64,000 nt of DNA from Tubiluchus corallicola (lineage: Eukaryota; Animalia; Priapulida): the NCBI GenBank assembly GCA_030141605.1, contig JAQGDQ010001056.1, positions 1-64,000 on the forward strand, written 5' to 3'. Positions 13,575 through 26,051 of the stretch are shown one piece after another. The position numbers were made by a program, and so were the translations under genes. Below the pieces are notes generated by a model. That model searched no databases. It was not told the origin of the DNA and saw nothing but the letters and a program-made list of their open reading frames with translations. The stretch's first letter is position 1. Each line of letters starts with the position of its first letter.

Positions 13575-13773
13575 TTTCACGAGGTAATTTTTTACCCCGC
13601 TTGGTCTTTGTTGTAACAAAAAAACCACTTGGTCGGCTAAGGGTTAATTAAGTTTTTAACCGGTTATTTAATTATCAGAAACGCTTTGAGAGTATTATAG
13701 GTGTTAAAATGTATACTTTTTGCCGTACTTCAAAATAAAGTATGATTTGAAAAATCATCCCATTTGCCTTTAA
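13575..13773. mobile_element. piggyBac-like right end (to 13643) joined at TTAA to the 3' part of a family A MITE
   Basis: GGTAATTTTTTACCCC...CTAAGGG|TTAA resembles the end of 62173-62780; the following TTAATTAAGTTTTTAACC...GCCT|TTAA matches the family A 3' end. Confidence 0.7.
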
Positions 13774-14559
13774 ACGCATTTCTTGGTTTTCCTTTTTACC
13801 AATATACATATATATTGTATGTTCAAAGGATGTTGGATGTTTTATTGTGAACCAATAATGGATTGGCTTAGTTTGTTGAGTAATGTAATTATTTGTTGCC
13901 TAGCTTTTCATCACTAGTAATGTTTATAGTGCAGAATGCTACTACTAATTTCTTAATACATTAACCTTGTAGGCTCAGCTGAAATTGTCAATTTATCCGA
14001 TATTGTGCCACGACAAACACATGATAATTACTAGCACGGCTGATAAATACTCTTCACAATTTCGCAAAATTACTGTTATTGCTATGGTTACGGCGTGTCG
14101 CTAATGGTGAAATATCAAACTACAACTAACAGGGAACGGACAATAATTACTATGTAAAAGTTTATTATAACATTTGTGCCTACTTGCATATTTCGTTATA
14201 GAACACTATTGGGCAATAATGCATGATTATCCAATTACGTAGCCCCCCGACATCAATTTGTACTTACTTGCACGCCTTTGTGGATGCTAAAAGAGAATTT
14301 GCTTCGACCTTAAAGCCTATTATATTACGGTCATCAAACAAAGAAGTTGTTAAAGGACAAGAAAAGGGGTGCCTGAAGTAGGTTTTAGAAAATTCGCCTT
14401 AAAAACTTATATTACTTTATAGCAATTTCATACGTATATCATACTCGTATTGAAAGGAATTTTTGTTTGTTTTCGCTTTAAATCTCTCCCAATTCTGTTC
14501 CGACCCCGCCATTACTTGACGTCACTAGGCAAACGTTGCTGACACGATAGAGTTATTTA

Positions 14560-14780
14560 AAATTTTACTCAATTAGTGACATGTGCGAAACGAATTCTCG
14601 GATTATTTTTTCAAAGTTTACACAATGTTATCCTAACTTGTTTCAAATGACCTGTCGTCAAAATGGCTGCGTCTAACGGTCATAGCAGGAGTTTAAATTT
14701 ACGAGTTTTATACAGCGTTACTGCCGATTGGAAGTACTGTGTGTAAAAGGCAGTATGTAAGTGATATAAAATTTCAAGAC
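14560..14780 (-). mobile_element. Family B repeat, inverted partial copy
   Basis: AACTTGTTTCAAATGAC...GGAGTTTAAATTTAC is the reverse complement of the family B core. Confidence 0.65.
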
Positions 14781-15564
14781 AAATTTTTAAGCTTTATGCA
14801 TACGGAGGGTTTCTTGTGCTTTAAAACAAAAGCTTTATTTCAAGAACGCAAAGGTCAATAAAATGAAACAACAACGTGATTTTAGTGCTTAACTGAGACT
14901 GCTAAACTGAAGTTTTACTGCAAGGCTATTAACAGCTTTTAGCTTGTGTAGAAAATATTATTTCAAATTATTTTGACGCAAGAATTTACTTTGTTACAAC
15001 TTTGTTTTGCGACAAAAAAGGAAGCTAAGTTTGACTAATTATTTTGTCCAATCAACATGTTTAGGCAAACTGTAAAAATCTACCGCACGTCATTTAGTAC
15101 TTTCAACAAAGTACAAGCACAGAACATGAGTTTAAATCAACACATGTTGCGACCTATCGGATAAAGGTATATCTGATGAGGCCAAATTGATGTCGCTGAC
15201 TATACGAAAATAGCAATTTTGTTACGAGTGGCGTATAGTGATATCATTTGCTAAGTTCCTGAATGGAGATACATTGGAACTAGATTAGTGCTAAGCTCGG
15301 CAGGGGCAAGCGAGCTAATAAATAATGCATTGAACGGCAAATAGATCTATAGGAAGTAATCAACTTCGTATTCTAAAATTGCACAAATGTCACAACGGTC
15401 TTTTAGTTGTCAATGAAGTGTGACTGCTGAAGGTAATTAATTGAACAATGTGCACCATTGCGATATCTGTACATGTAGGTGCGTTTAGGTTTTGGAAACA
15501 TTGTACCCATAAACACGTCACACCAGTTTCACGTAATTTGAGAAATCACTACTCTATTCATCAT

Positions 15565-15773
15565 CGGTTTAGTTCCCAGAAAAAGTGTTTCCCAGAAGAA
15601 ATAATTTCCCGAAAAAAATTTCTGGGAAATGGCAATTCTGGGAAATTTTTTTTCGAGGAGTTTTTTTGGAAAGTAAATTTTTCTGGCAAAAAAGTTTTCT
15701 GTGAAATTTTTTTGTCGGGGTAAAATGTTCTGGCAAAACACATTTTTTGAAAAAGCTTTTTGGGAAACGAATC
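15565..15773. repeat. Short foldback-like element made of TTCCCAGAAAA / TTTTCTGGGAAA motifs
   Basis: The repeated motif switches orientation near 15620; the ends are imperfectly complementary. Confidence 0.55.
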
Positions 15774-15952
15774 TTCCCCTTCATCATCTCATACAGTTTA
15801 AATATAGCCGCCATTTGAGTTTGGGTGTGTACACGTACGAGGAACGAACGACAGGGTCAAAGAAAGGAAAGGATATTTGGGCGCGTACAACGAGGAAAAA
15901 TGGAGGGGTGGATACAAAAAATAATGTTGCACAGACAATCGAGCTGCTTTAA

Positions 15953-16587
15953 AGGAAGACAGAACGATTTTTCATGTACTACCTCATTTTCAAGTCCGTT
16001 AAAAAGCATACATTGTAATACAATTAATATTGCAAAAGCCTTTCTGGTAATTAAATTATAGATTAAAAACTTAATTAACGGCGGGCGAGCCCAACTGTTG
16101 ATGACATCACAAATTAACATAATTTTCAACAGCAAAAATATTTCACGAGCGTGTTACACGTGCTGTGTGTGTGTAAGATATCAGTACAGTGCTGTGTGTA
16201 AGATATCAGTGTGTTGTACTAAGACTAGGCAAGTTTTAAGATAAAAATTCAAATTTCAAATTTACCGCTGTGCTTACGCATGAGTTGACGAACGTGTGTA
16301 AAATATAAACTATATTTATTTATATATATGACGTTCGTTATAAACTAACACGTCTGAACTGAGAGGTACAGCACCTGTTTTTCGTGCAGTGCGTTTCCGA
16401 AATGCAGGCGCTAGTGCCTGTCTAACTAGCGAATGGCGAAATGCATCTATCAGCGAATGCGAAATTGTGTTTGTGTGGCAATAATTCTTTCACGTAAGTC
16501 ATTTTTGAAAAAATAGTATGTTTCCTTTCAATGTTTTAAAGAGTAGATTGTTTTGACCTGCAGTTTAAGATAGGGACCGGTTTTGCT
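15953..16587 (-). mobile_element. Family A Kolobok-like MITE, copy 3
   Basis: TTAA|AGGAAGACAG...CCGGTTTTGCT|TTAA. Confidence 0.88.
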
Positions 16588-16789
16588 TTAAATGCTGTGT
16601 TTTGTACTGCCTTTCATTACCAAACATTCACGTGATACGCAATATAAGAAAAGTAAATTAAGCAAATCCAGCCAACGGCTACGTTATATAGTCTACCTAA
16701 ACAATTACTAATTTTGCCACGCCAATCTTCTCTTGTCCACTAATAGAAACAGGTGGATAACTGAATGCCTTTGCGTTGCATATATGTGG

Positions 16790-17345
16790 ACGAAACTAGT
16801 TACAAATCATTCTAAGATCGATACCCACTGCGTATTTATATCACACAGCTTTTTGTATGGACTTAATATGAGTGATACTAGTTTATGTCCATGTGGAGAA
16901 GAAGAGCAAACTCCTCAGCACATTTTATTCAAAAGCAATAAAGTAGATAACACAAAAAGAATGCGTTTCATAGAAACAGCTGATGCCAGTTATGCAAGTA
17001 ATATTATGCCTCAATCTAATAAAAATTTAATAATGGCTTTTACTAACCTGATAAGAGATAGTTTTATACTAAATAATTGTTAATTTTGGGCACGCTCGGG
17101 TATATAAAAATAAATTATGTATGTGTATACAGCTAATTAATGTGTATAATACTTGTGAATCATTTGAAATTAAATCTAATTTAAGTATAATATGTTATTC
17201 ATTGTACATAGTGTGAAACTGGAAATATTTAAAAGATTTGTTATATGAAAATGTAAATTGTTGATCTGAGCCTGCAGAAAGAGGCACCTTTTTGTACATA
17301 CGTTCATTTTTTTAATAAAGACTTATTACTAAAATAAAAAAAATT
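16790..17345 (+). mobile_element. Degraded non-LTR retrotransposon 3' end (C-terminal zinc knuckle and AT-rich 3' UTR)
   Basis: Translation FLYGLNMSDTSLCPCGEEEQTPQHILF fits the CxC-x8-H zinc knuckle at the end of LINE ORF2 (last Cys lost); AATAAA and an A-rich tract near 17314-17343. Confidence 0.7.
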
Positions 17346-17600
17346 ATAGGGGTAGGCATAAGAACATGAAGATTTGAAATTTTGTACCGCCTACCTGCTG
17401 GCTTTCTGCACACAGAGCTTGCGTCAGCAGCAACGCCGTATAAAACTTAAGGCGAAGATAAGGCTATATTAAAGTTTGTCCCAAAGAAAATTGCGTACAA
17501 AGTTATAATAATTACTTAACATTCATCTCGCCTGTTTGAAAGATATGTAACTGAAAAGGAAAATTCTTAGTAATTTAAAATGTTCGGGGCAGCAGGTAAA
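17341..17600 (-). mobile_element. Family B repeat, inverted partner of 18555-18840
   Basis: TTGAAATTTTGT..CCTACCTGCTGGCTTTCTGCACACAGAG is the reverse complement of CTCTGTGTGCAGAAAGCCAGCAGGTAGG..ACAAAATTTCAA. Confidence 0.75.
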
Positions 17601-17742
17601 CGTGATTGGTTCACTACAAAACATATTACACTTTATTACTCTTTACTGAAAAGGTAAAGTAATTCATATTTTTGTTTATTTAGTAGAGTGTGTGCTACGA
17701 ATCCTTAGATTATTTTTCCGAACTTCACGTAATGTCATTTAA

Positions 17743-18181
17743 AGGAAGACAGGATGATTTTTCATTTACTCTGCCCCATTTTCAAGTCTGTTAAAAACTA
17801 TACATTTTACCACAATGAATGCTGCAACCAGCGAATGGCGAAACGCATGTAACAGTGAAGAACTGTGATGTACCGTTGTGCTCACGCATGAGCTGTCGAA
17901 CGTGAGCAGTTCGTCACAAGCTAGCACATCTGAACTGAAAGGTACAGCACTTGTTTTTGTGCAATGCGTTTCTGAAATGCAGGCGCTAGTGCCTGTCTAA
18001 CTATTGAATGGTGAAATGCATGTAACAGCGAGGAACTAGGGGCGTGAACATGAAATTGTGTTCGTGTGGTAATAATTCTTTCACGTAAGTCATTTTTGAA
18101 AAAAAAATAGTATGTTTGCTTTCAATATTTTAAAGAGTAGATTGTTTTGAACTACAGTTTAAAATTGGGTCCGGTTTTACT
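17743..18181 (-). mobile_element. Family A Kolobok-like MITE, copy 4 (internally deleted)
   Basis: TTAA|AGGAAGACAGG...CCGGTTTTACT|TTAA; ~160 bp shorter than the other copies. Confidence 0.88.
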
Positions 18182-18284
18182 TTAATTTCTTATTCAACGA
18201 CTGGCCGTTAATATGGCTGCGCGCGGAGTATGATAATTGTCATCGCGGGAGAAAACTTTTACTTACGTAAAACTAGAAAATTCG

Positions 18285-18840
18285 CCTTGAAATTCACCTA
18301 CATACTTATCTTATTGTATTAACAGCAACGCTGTAAAAAACTTGTAAATTTAAACTCCCTCGATGACCGTTGGGTGCAGCCATTTTGACGGGAAGTTGTT
18401 TGAAACAAGTTTAGACAACTATTATGTAAAATTTGAAAAAACAATCACAGCATTCGTAGCACAAACTTCACAAACCAAGCAAAAGTATAAATAAGTATAA
18501 ATTAGATTAAAGTCAATAAGATTAAAAATAAAATGAGAAGGTGAGTCAGCGACATTTTACCAGTTGGCGGGAACATTTTAAATGGCTAAGAATTTTCTTT
18601 TCAAGTTAAGTAAGTTATTCAAGCAGGTAAGCAATGCTGGGTGATATAACTTTGTGTGGAAAGTTTTTTGAGACATTAGTTTAAAATAGCCTTTTTCCCT
18701 TTTAAGTTTTAAACAGCGTTACTGCTAACACAACCTCTGTGTGCAGAAAGCCAGCAGGTAGGTGACACAAAATTTCAAAACGTATTTTTGGGTATATGTA
18801 ATAATTCTGTATCTTTATGTTCTTATCCCTCGATCAATTT
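18285..18840 (+). mobile_element. Family B repeat, most complete copy
   Basis: Homology to 9185-9660, 14560-14780 and 17341-17600; degenerate terminal inverted similarity. Confidence 0.7.
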
Positions 18841-20151
18841 GTGGGAATTGGGAGAGAGTCATCTTAAACAAACTTATGATTCCTTTAAAGTTCTAGAACT
18901 GATGTAAAACGCTCGGAAGAGAATGGCTCCAATTTTCCGTGTAACGTTCAAAATAGCTGCATTCATAAGTGTTAACACGCTTTACATAAATCTTTGTATA
19001 TAATAATCCGAAATGGCATAAATAAGCGGCTATGTTCACAGTTTGAGGATCAAAGCAGACAATCGTTGTACCACAGATACCACAAGCGCTAAATGGCCGT
19101 CAAGAATGCCAAAACTATGCATATGTGCACCCAAACACCAAACAAACAAACAGAAGACAACTGACGTGTCTTTGAGTGCCAGTAATGCAGTAAAAAGCTT
19201 ACGAAACGCATAAATGAAACCCAAGAAAGTTGGTTTTGTTACTTGCAGGGATAACGATATACTTCTTCAGTTCACAATTTTCTTCATTTGCCAGGAAGCA
19301 CCATCATAGTGAACAGGAGCCTGAAACTAACCTCACAATATCTATTCCCTCTAGTCAAATTCATGTATATTTTTTTCATGACGCCATCACGTTGTGCATG
19401 AATATTCAGATGCAACTGATTGAACACTGAATCGTTAGATGGAGAGCCAAAAAGGAGACGCTTATAAAAAATGACAGGATCTTTTCAACTGGTGAAATTT
19501 TGCAAACAGCTTTGTTAAGCCATGTCAAAGTCTGGCAAAGACGCATGTCAGCACCACAAAGACAAGCAATACGCTTTCCACTCGCTATGTTTGTCGTGTT
19601 TTTGTCATCTTCGCAAAATGTAAATGGAAAATATTTCTGTCGAAGAAAGCTACAATTGTCCATCGTTCAAACAAAATGTCAGCTATATGAAAACGCATCT
19701 GCATGGCTTCCGTCTATACGAGAGAGCAAAATATTGTGATGCCTATATACCCTCGGGAATGTAGCGAAATAAAATTTCCTGGGCTGGCTGAAAAATATTT
19801 TTGCTTTATTTACCATTGTTCGACGACGATGGAATATGGACAGGTATTGTGAAATTTAATTAAGATAAGCACTAGACCCTGTAACGTTTATTTTTGAAGT
19901 AAATTACGTAGAATGCGTTGATAATAGAAATGTTTCTTCAATAACGACACACGCCAAGCTTCGTGCAAATTTACACTGCCCAAAACTACAAAAAGTTTAA
20001 CAATAGACTATATAATAGCCGATCAGATAAAATAAAGTAAAATGTTTTTGTGGCGAAACTGTGTTTTCTAATCAAACAAGGAATATTTTTTCTCTGTTTT
20101 TATAACTGATCTACTATTATAAAGCAATAAAATATGAAATGTTTAACATAC

Positions 20152-20897
20152 CTCTCCACTTTGTGCAAAGCAGGGTTACGTTTACTTATGACTCCAGCGA
20201 GAGGTGCAGCAACTAAATCACATAATCCAACACTACCACTACCAGAGGGCGCGCTAGGAGGCGTAGTAGTCGACGACGTAGTTTGTACAGGAACTGGATC
20301 AAACTTATCCAACAGTTCATCAGTTAGATCCACACTGTTTTCATTAACAACTGGTTTCCTGTGCTGCCCTTTTGCGTTTACCTTGCTCGTTGCACTCTCA
20401 CTCATTTTAGAAACCTGATCGGTCTCGTCACCGTCAACTTTCTTCACTTTACCAACCAATAATTGACTTTTTTCACCATCATTTTTGTATTCTTGTGCTA
20501 GACTTTTAGTTTGTACTTGTGCAGATTCAATATTGGATGAGGTTACGTTTGATTCTTTTCCACTCATATCTGTGCGAACACTGCTATCTGATTCATTTGT
20601 TGTTTCAGCACTAGTACTGGTAATGGCTGTTGATTCTACAGCAGGATTGTGCATTGTTCCTTTAGTATCTTTACCCTCATTGTCTTTCATTTCTAGGTCA
20701 TTCTCGCCACCCGCTTCCACTCCAAAGAACTTTGAGACTTTGTTAGAAGGTTTCCCCGTAGTTGATTTGAACAGCTGCTCATCATGTTTTTTATTGATTG
20801 AATCGTTTTCTGCCCAAGTGCTCTCACTGGGAGATTCGTAATTGATAATTGCATTTCTACTGCCAACCTGGGTACAAGAGAAATCACTTTCAGACAT
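20152..20897 (-). CDS. Probable first coding exon (248 codons + 2 nt) of an unidentified protein with an S/T/E/K-rich disordered N-terminus
   Basis: Longest non-repetitive ORF in the window; in-frame TGA just upstream of the ATG; strong donor GAG|GTATGT at 20152/20151, where coding-like composition ends. Confidence 0.75.
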
Positions 20898-22114
20898 ATT
20901 CTTGTGTCATTTGACGATGGCACTAATAGAATTATGACATGTGCACCTGCTACTCCGACTCAACTGCACTTTTACACGGTCATAGTCACCGCTTGGTTAT
21001 GATCGTCTTAGTGTTAAACTTTCACTTCCCATCTAATAGCTTAGTTTATTACTCCTATAGAACAAAACTTGTCTCGTTAGCGTTTGATTAATGGTGATTC
21101 TACCTACATTTTCTTTAATCGCTATAAATAATGAATAAGAGCGGCACACTTAGCGATGATGTATCAACGCATAACCTGATTACCATCAGGTTAAGTGGTA
21201 ATTTCGCAAAGAAAGTAGTGCTATCGTCTCACGCAACGCGAGAAGGGAGGTATTAGGAAAAGAAGAAAGCCTTTCCTTGCGATAATCAACTAAAGCGGAA
21301 AAATAGAGAAACTTCCAGTAGAGGAACTCGAAAAACGACTAACAAACCTGTACCAAACAAACACATTAGTTTTTAATATAAATAACTTAGACTCTCAGTT
21401 AAAAAATTCAGTTTCTGGTAGTTTTCTACTAAGTTATGGACAGAACATCATCGTATTTCACCTGGTACAGCAATACGTTGATTTATCTAACCGTTTTAAT
21501 TATTTTAATTAACAATTGGAATACTACTTATGTATATTTTGCGACAGACTTGTTTTTCCTGCCAAACTGCATTCCTGAAAATCTTGCAGCCTGAGACAAT
21601 CCGTTCAGCATCTATTTGTTGTTTGCCAAAGGCAACTATTTCAAATAAATGTTTAAAAAAGCAGAAAAAACAAAAGACCGACAAAGAAGCAATAAGCCAT
21701 TAGTCTCAGTCAACAAAGACTCGGGTAAAAGCACAAACAGCGATTAACAGAGAATAATTCACAGAACTCAACAATCTAAATCACAAAACTCGTGAAAATT
21801 GTGAAAATATCCTATTAAAAGTTTTGGTGTAATAAAATCAGTGTTAAATCAATATTATCTTGCATGGACGAAAAGGTATTACTGTATGTTATAGAAAGTA
21901 TGACACTATGACCAATAACTATTAGCTGCTAGCATATAATTTTCACGAATTGCAACGCTGCAGCCCAGTGCTCTTTAATTTGACCTGTTGTGATGTGACC
22001 TATTATTAAAGCGTTGATGAATAAAATCATTTTCAGAAATAAGCCAGTTAATTCTTATAGCATCTGCCATTATTTTTGTTCAGTTGAACGTACACTACAT
22101 TGTTATGTCTAGAG

Positions 22115-22840
22115 CTACGACTCTATGTGCGCGTAATGCCTAATGCCTAATGTGTGATTACGCAAACCGTAAACGTAATGCGTAATTGGCGATCCGTAAC
22201 GCGTGATGCGTATTAACTGTTTCCATGTGTCCGTAAACGCTACGCGTATTAACAAAGCTCACGACGCTCTTTCCGCAATTTTCGTTGCTGTTCGTAAAAA
22301 TTGCAGGCAATAATTTTGGACACCATGTAATGTGGAAATTTTACAGTGATAATTACAGCTGTAGCATTAGCTCTTTATTGTACTGTAGATTTACTGTAAA
22401 CGAAAAAATTCAAAAGAAAGCACACATTTTGGGTGCACAATATTTAGCAGGGGAGAGAATACAGCACCTATCAACTATTAATGACAATACCGTAACTACA
22501 TGCTTCTTCCATCTCTCAAAAATTCAGGTAGAAAAAATATTATTGCTTGTAAGTCCTAAAGCGACCAAAACTCACCTAACTAGAATTTTCAGAAAGCCAA
22601 ATAGCGAAAATAGTCACCTTGAGTTCAAAAACTCGCTATAATCACCTAGGCAACGGCGGTTTCCCGTATGCGTATTGCTGCGTGATGCGTATTCGGACGA
22701 CAGCAATCACGTTCGAATTATTACGGATCACGCATTACGTACACATGGAAACACTTCTACATATTTAAATGCAAACTGTTGTACGCGCATTAATGATCAC
22801 GCATCGGGCATCACACATTACGTAAACATGGAGCCGTACT
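22115..22840. mobile_element. ~725-bp MITE-like element with GCGTAAT-rich subterminal repeats
   Basis: TACGACTCTATGT..CGTAATG versus CATTACGTAAACATGGAGCCGTA; inner inverted pair TGTTTCCATGTGT / ACACATGGAAACA. Confidence 0.7.
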
Positions 22841-24249
22841 TTAGCAGTTAGGCCTACGATCTAGGTAACGCAAACCATTCTGCAGCCAGAGTAAAATGAA
22901 ATCAAGCTTTTTAAAGTACACGTCGACACCAATGACGTTTTAGCTGTTTTGCGACCACTCTTCTGCTTTCCTATTGGCTCCAGCAGGTGCCGTGATTAAA
23001 TTGTGACTGTATGGATGTAGTTTTACCCCTGGGGGAAAATTAGTTTTGCTAAAAATCTAGAAATCATATAGTAACTCAATTCTACATTTATTAAAATATT
23101 CATTATCCTTGGTGTCGCACTATTTCCTCCCGCGGAGTAATACTCATAACCCTGCCGTGTTTTCCACCACACACAGAGAGCCTTGTATATAGCAAAAGTA
23201 GTGACACAGAAAGCATTTATCACATATTTTATTTACAAAAACCAAGAGCCAAAAACCAAAATATTACAATAACTTGTTCGAACCTTGAGTTACAAGCAAT
23301 ACATTTTAATGGCGAAAAATTATGTTAAACCGTCATCGTTCATCCTGCATTCCAGACTTTTTTGCCCTTGTTTTAATGTTATTTCATGATTAGTTCTGTT
23401 AACCACACGAAATTTATAGCAACAAGCTTGGGTCGTTAATTTTCGCAACAATTCAGACGTTTCTGAGAGGACAGCGTTACACCGGGGATGTAATTAAATG
23501 GTGATGATGGGTTTCATTTAGATGATTTATCACGTGTAGTGCAGGTATGGATTGAGATGCACGGTAATTAAACTGTTAAATCAAGGCACAGTTAGTCTTG
23601 TAAGTTTCAGTGTGAGCTGTAAACATACTGGAGATGTGTTGTTAGAAATGAATCAGTATAAACGTGTTTGTTGCTTTTCAGGAAACAGCTCTTACAGCTT
23701 ACATATCCATCCGGGATGCTCTTCAAAGAAACTCTATAGCGCAGATTAGATCTATACCTAGACGAGCTTCAAATAATTGCGGCTAGTATTCAGCTCCAGT
23801 GGATTGTAAATAATTTTGATTAAATCCACAAAATGCATTTAATTTAAGTAATAAATGCAAATCTGAATTTCACATGCATCTCTGAACAGTAGTGAATGTT
23901 CCAGAGAAATTCCAAAACACAGAGAATTGCACCAATGTAACGAGCTCCGCGATGCATCTAATGCACCCACACAAATTATTGTTTGAACTGAGGTGTTCGT
24001 CAAACTCTACAAGATACTCTGTAAACTCGTCTAGTAACCTTTCGTGTTGTTAATTTTTTTTATTGAAGTTAATCACATTTTCATAAGGTCTGCTGTACTG
24101 ATCTAATATTGGCAGACGTAAGAAAAGTGAAGAGAGTACAAGATGAGAAATCCAATAAAAATCCTTTTATTGAAGAAGAGAAGCTAATCTACTTGCACTA
24201 TTCAACCTGAGATGAGAGGCAAGCTTGACCCGCAAACAACAAGTTTTGT

Positions 24250-25070
24250 CTTCATCATCATCATCATCATCGTCGTCGTCGTCGTCGTCATCATCTTCAT
24301 CATCATCGTCGTCGTCATCATCATCATCATTACTATAATCGTTGCCATCATCGTCGTCATCGTCATCGTCGTCATCATCAGCATTATCACCATCATCGTT
24401 GTCATCACCATCATCACCATCACCATCACCATCATCATCATCATCAGCAGCAGCAGCAGCACCAGCAACATCAGCATCAGCATCAACATTAGCATCATCA
24501 TCAGCAGCAGCGTTAGTATCATCATCAGCAGCAGCAAAACTTTTTGCCACAAAGCACACAGATAGAAGCTGGTTAGCAGACCAGTTGATATGCAAATAAC
24601 AAATTTTGCAAATCCCTTAAGGCCAACATATAAAATGCAGTCTGAAAGAACTTCATTATTGCGCAACTAATAAAACTTGATCCGTCATTAAACAGGAATT
24701 GAAAATAATTGTAGTAATGACGTAAAAGTTTTTCAAATCTTGCTTACTTAACTTACTTTTCTGAACTGCTTCAACGCGATTTAAACTGATGCACGGACGC
24801 GAATTTAAATGTTACTATGACTGAAATGTTGTTGTCGTCGTCGCTGTCGTCGTCGTTATCGTCGTCGTCGTCATCATCGTTGTTGCTGTTTCATTTTTTA
24901 TTGTAACATTCTGTTATCAGTGCCATTGACGAAAAAGGTGAAGATGAAGAAGAAAAAATAATAGTAGCAATAGTAATAGTAATAATAATAATAACAACAA
25001 CAACGACAGCAACAGCGACAACGACAACAACAACGACAATGACAACAACAACAACAATAATAATAATATT
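24250..25070. repeat. Cluster of compound trinucleotide microsatellites (CAT/CGT/CAG; GTC; AAT/AAC)
   Basis: Tracts at ~24250-24537, ~24828-24890 and ~24960-25070. Confidence 0.95.
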
Positions 25071-25372
25071 ACCAAAATTGTATTTCTTATTGCTATCTTC
25101 AATTCTTTATCTATGTTTCGTTATCTACCTGTTGTAAGTTGACAGATCGCGACTAAAAAGAATTTTAGAAATCTTCATACATCCAGGGGACAAATTTTGT
25201 TCACCTCTGTTCTACTGGTTGTTGAATAGCTATTTCTTCACTGGACAACCATCAGCTAGTCTGTACCCAATCTATCTTAAACGACGCGTTTTATTTTCCT
25301 TGCCCATTTTAGAAGAATAACTCGATACTCGTTACCATGGAATTAGTCTGCGTCATGACTGAAGTGCGTCAG

Positions 25373-25570
25373 GACACATTGCGTCATTCATATGACGATA
25401 ACAATTCGTTGCCATGGCAAAGATTGTTCTTCGTTCTTGACACATTACGTCATTCATATGACGATAACAATTCGTTACCATAGCAACGATTGTTCTTCGT
25501 TCTTGACACATTACGTCATTCATATGACGATAACAATTCGTTGCCATGGCAACGATTGTTCTTCGATCTT
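25373..25570. repeat. 66-bp tandem repeat, 3 copies
   Basis: GACACATTACGTCATTCATATGACGATAACAATTCGTTGCCATGGCAACGATTGTTCTTCGTTCTT x3, with internal palindrome TCGTTGCCATGGCAACGA. Confidence 0.95.
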
Positions 25571-25659
25571 GCAACTGACCTAATAGATGTCAGTCTTTGT
25601 TCGGCCTCATTTCTTTCTTTGCTTTCGATGCGAGAAAGGCGTTATTATTTGCAAGTCTC

Positions 25660-26050
25660 TAGTGCATTCTTTAGTGGACTATCATGGGCTGTTTTGATTT
25701 TTTATGCAACCGCGAGCGCCGTGAGGACAGTGAGGACCAACCGGTGCCTAGATGCTGGAGGATCCGGACCATATGGTCTAGGGCCCGGGGGCAAGTCGCT
25801 CCTATGCCCTCAGTCCATTCGTCTTCTGGGACCTCCACGCGTTGTAGTGGTGAGGTAGAGTCATCCGGGACAACCGTGGGGGTGGTTCGTCTTGGAAGCT
25901 CGAGTAGCATGGGTTTCCCTCTGGTTGAGTGCTGAATGTCATTCTTAAGTACCAACCTTACAGTACCATGCTCTCACATCTGGGTTCTGGTCAGGACAGC
26001 CACTTTTGGACTGTCAGAGCCCCGTAAGGTGCCTCGGGGGAGGGGGGGCC
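25660..26050 (-). mobile_element. Probable RTE-clade LINE 5' region (distal 5' UTR and ORF start), truncated
   Basis: GC-rich island; minus translation ...PEDEWTEGIGATCPRAL...RLHKKSKQPMIV resembles the leader just before the AP-endonuclease xxTxNVRTL motif of invertebrate RTEs; the motif itself is decayed. Recognised by eye, not by alignment. Confidence 0.55.
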
Positions 26051-26051
26051 T

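Noticed and set aside
19036-19739. Cluster of 60-85-aa ORFs just downstream of the minus-strand exon
   Set aside because: No recognisable motif and no frame-consistent splice pair found.
20134-20923. Antisense and alternate-frame ORFs over the 265-aa ORF
   Set aside because: They are shadow frames of the real minus-strand exon.
25828-25860. Second HDV-like L3 motif (ACCTCCACGCGTT)
   Set aside because: P3 does not close properly and no matching P1, P1.1 or J4/2 was found.
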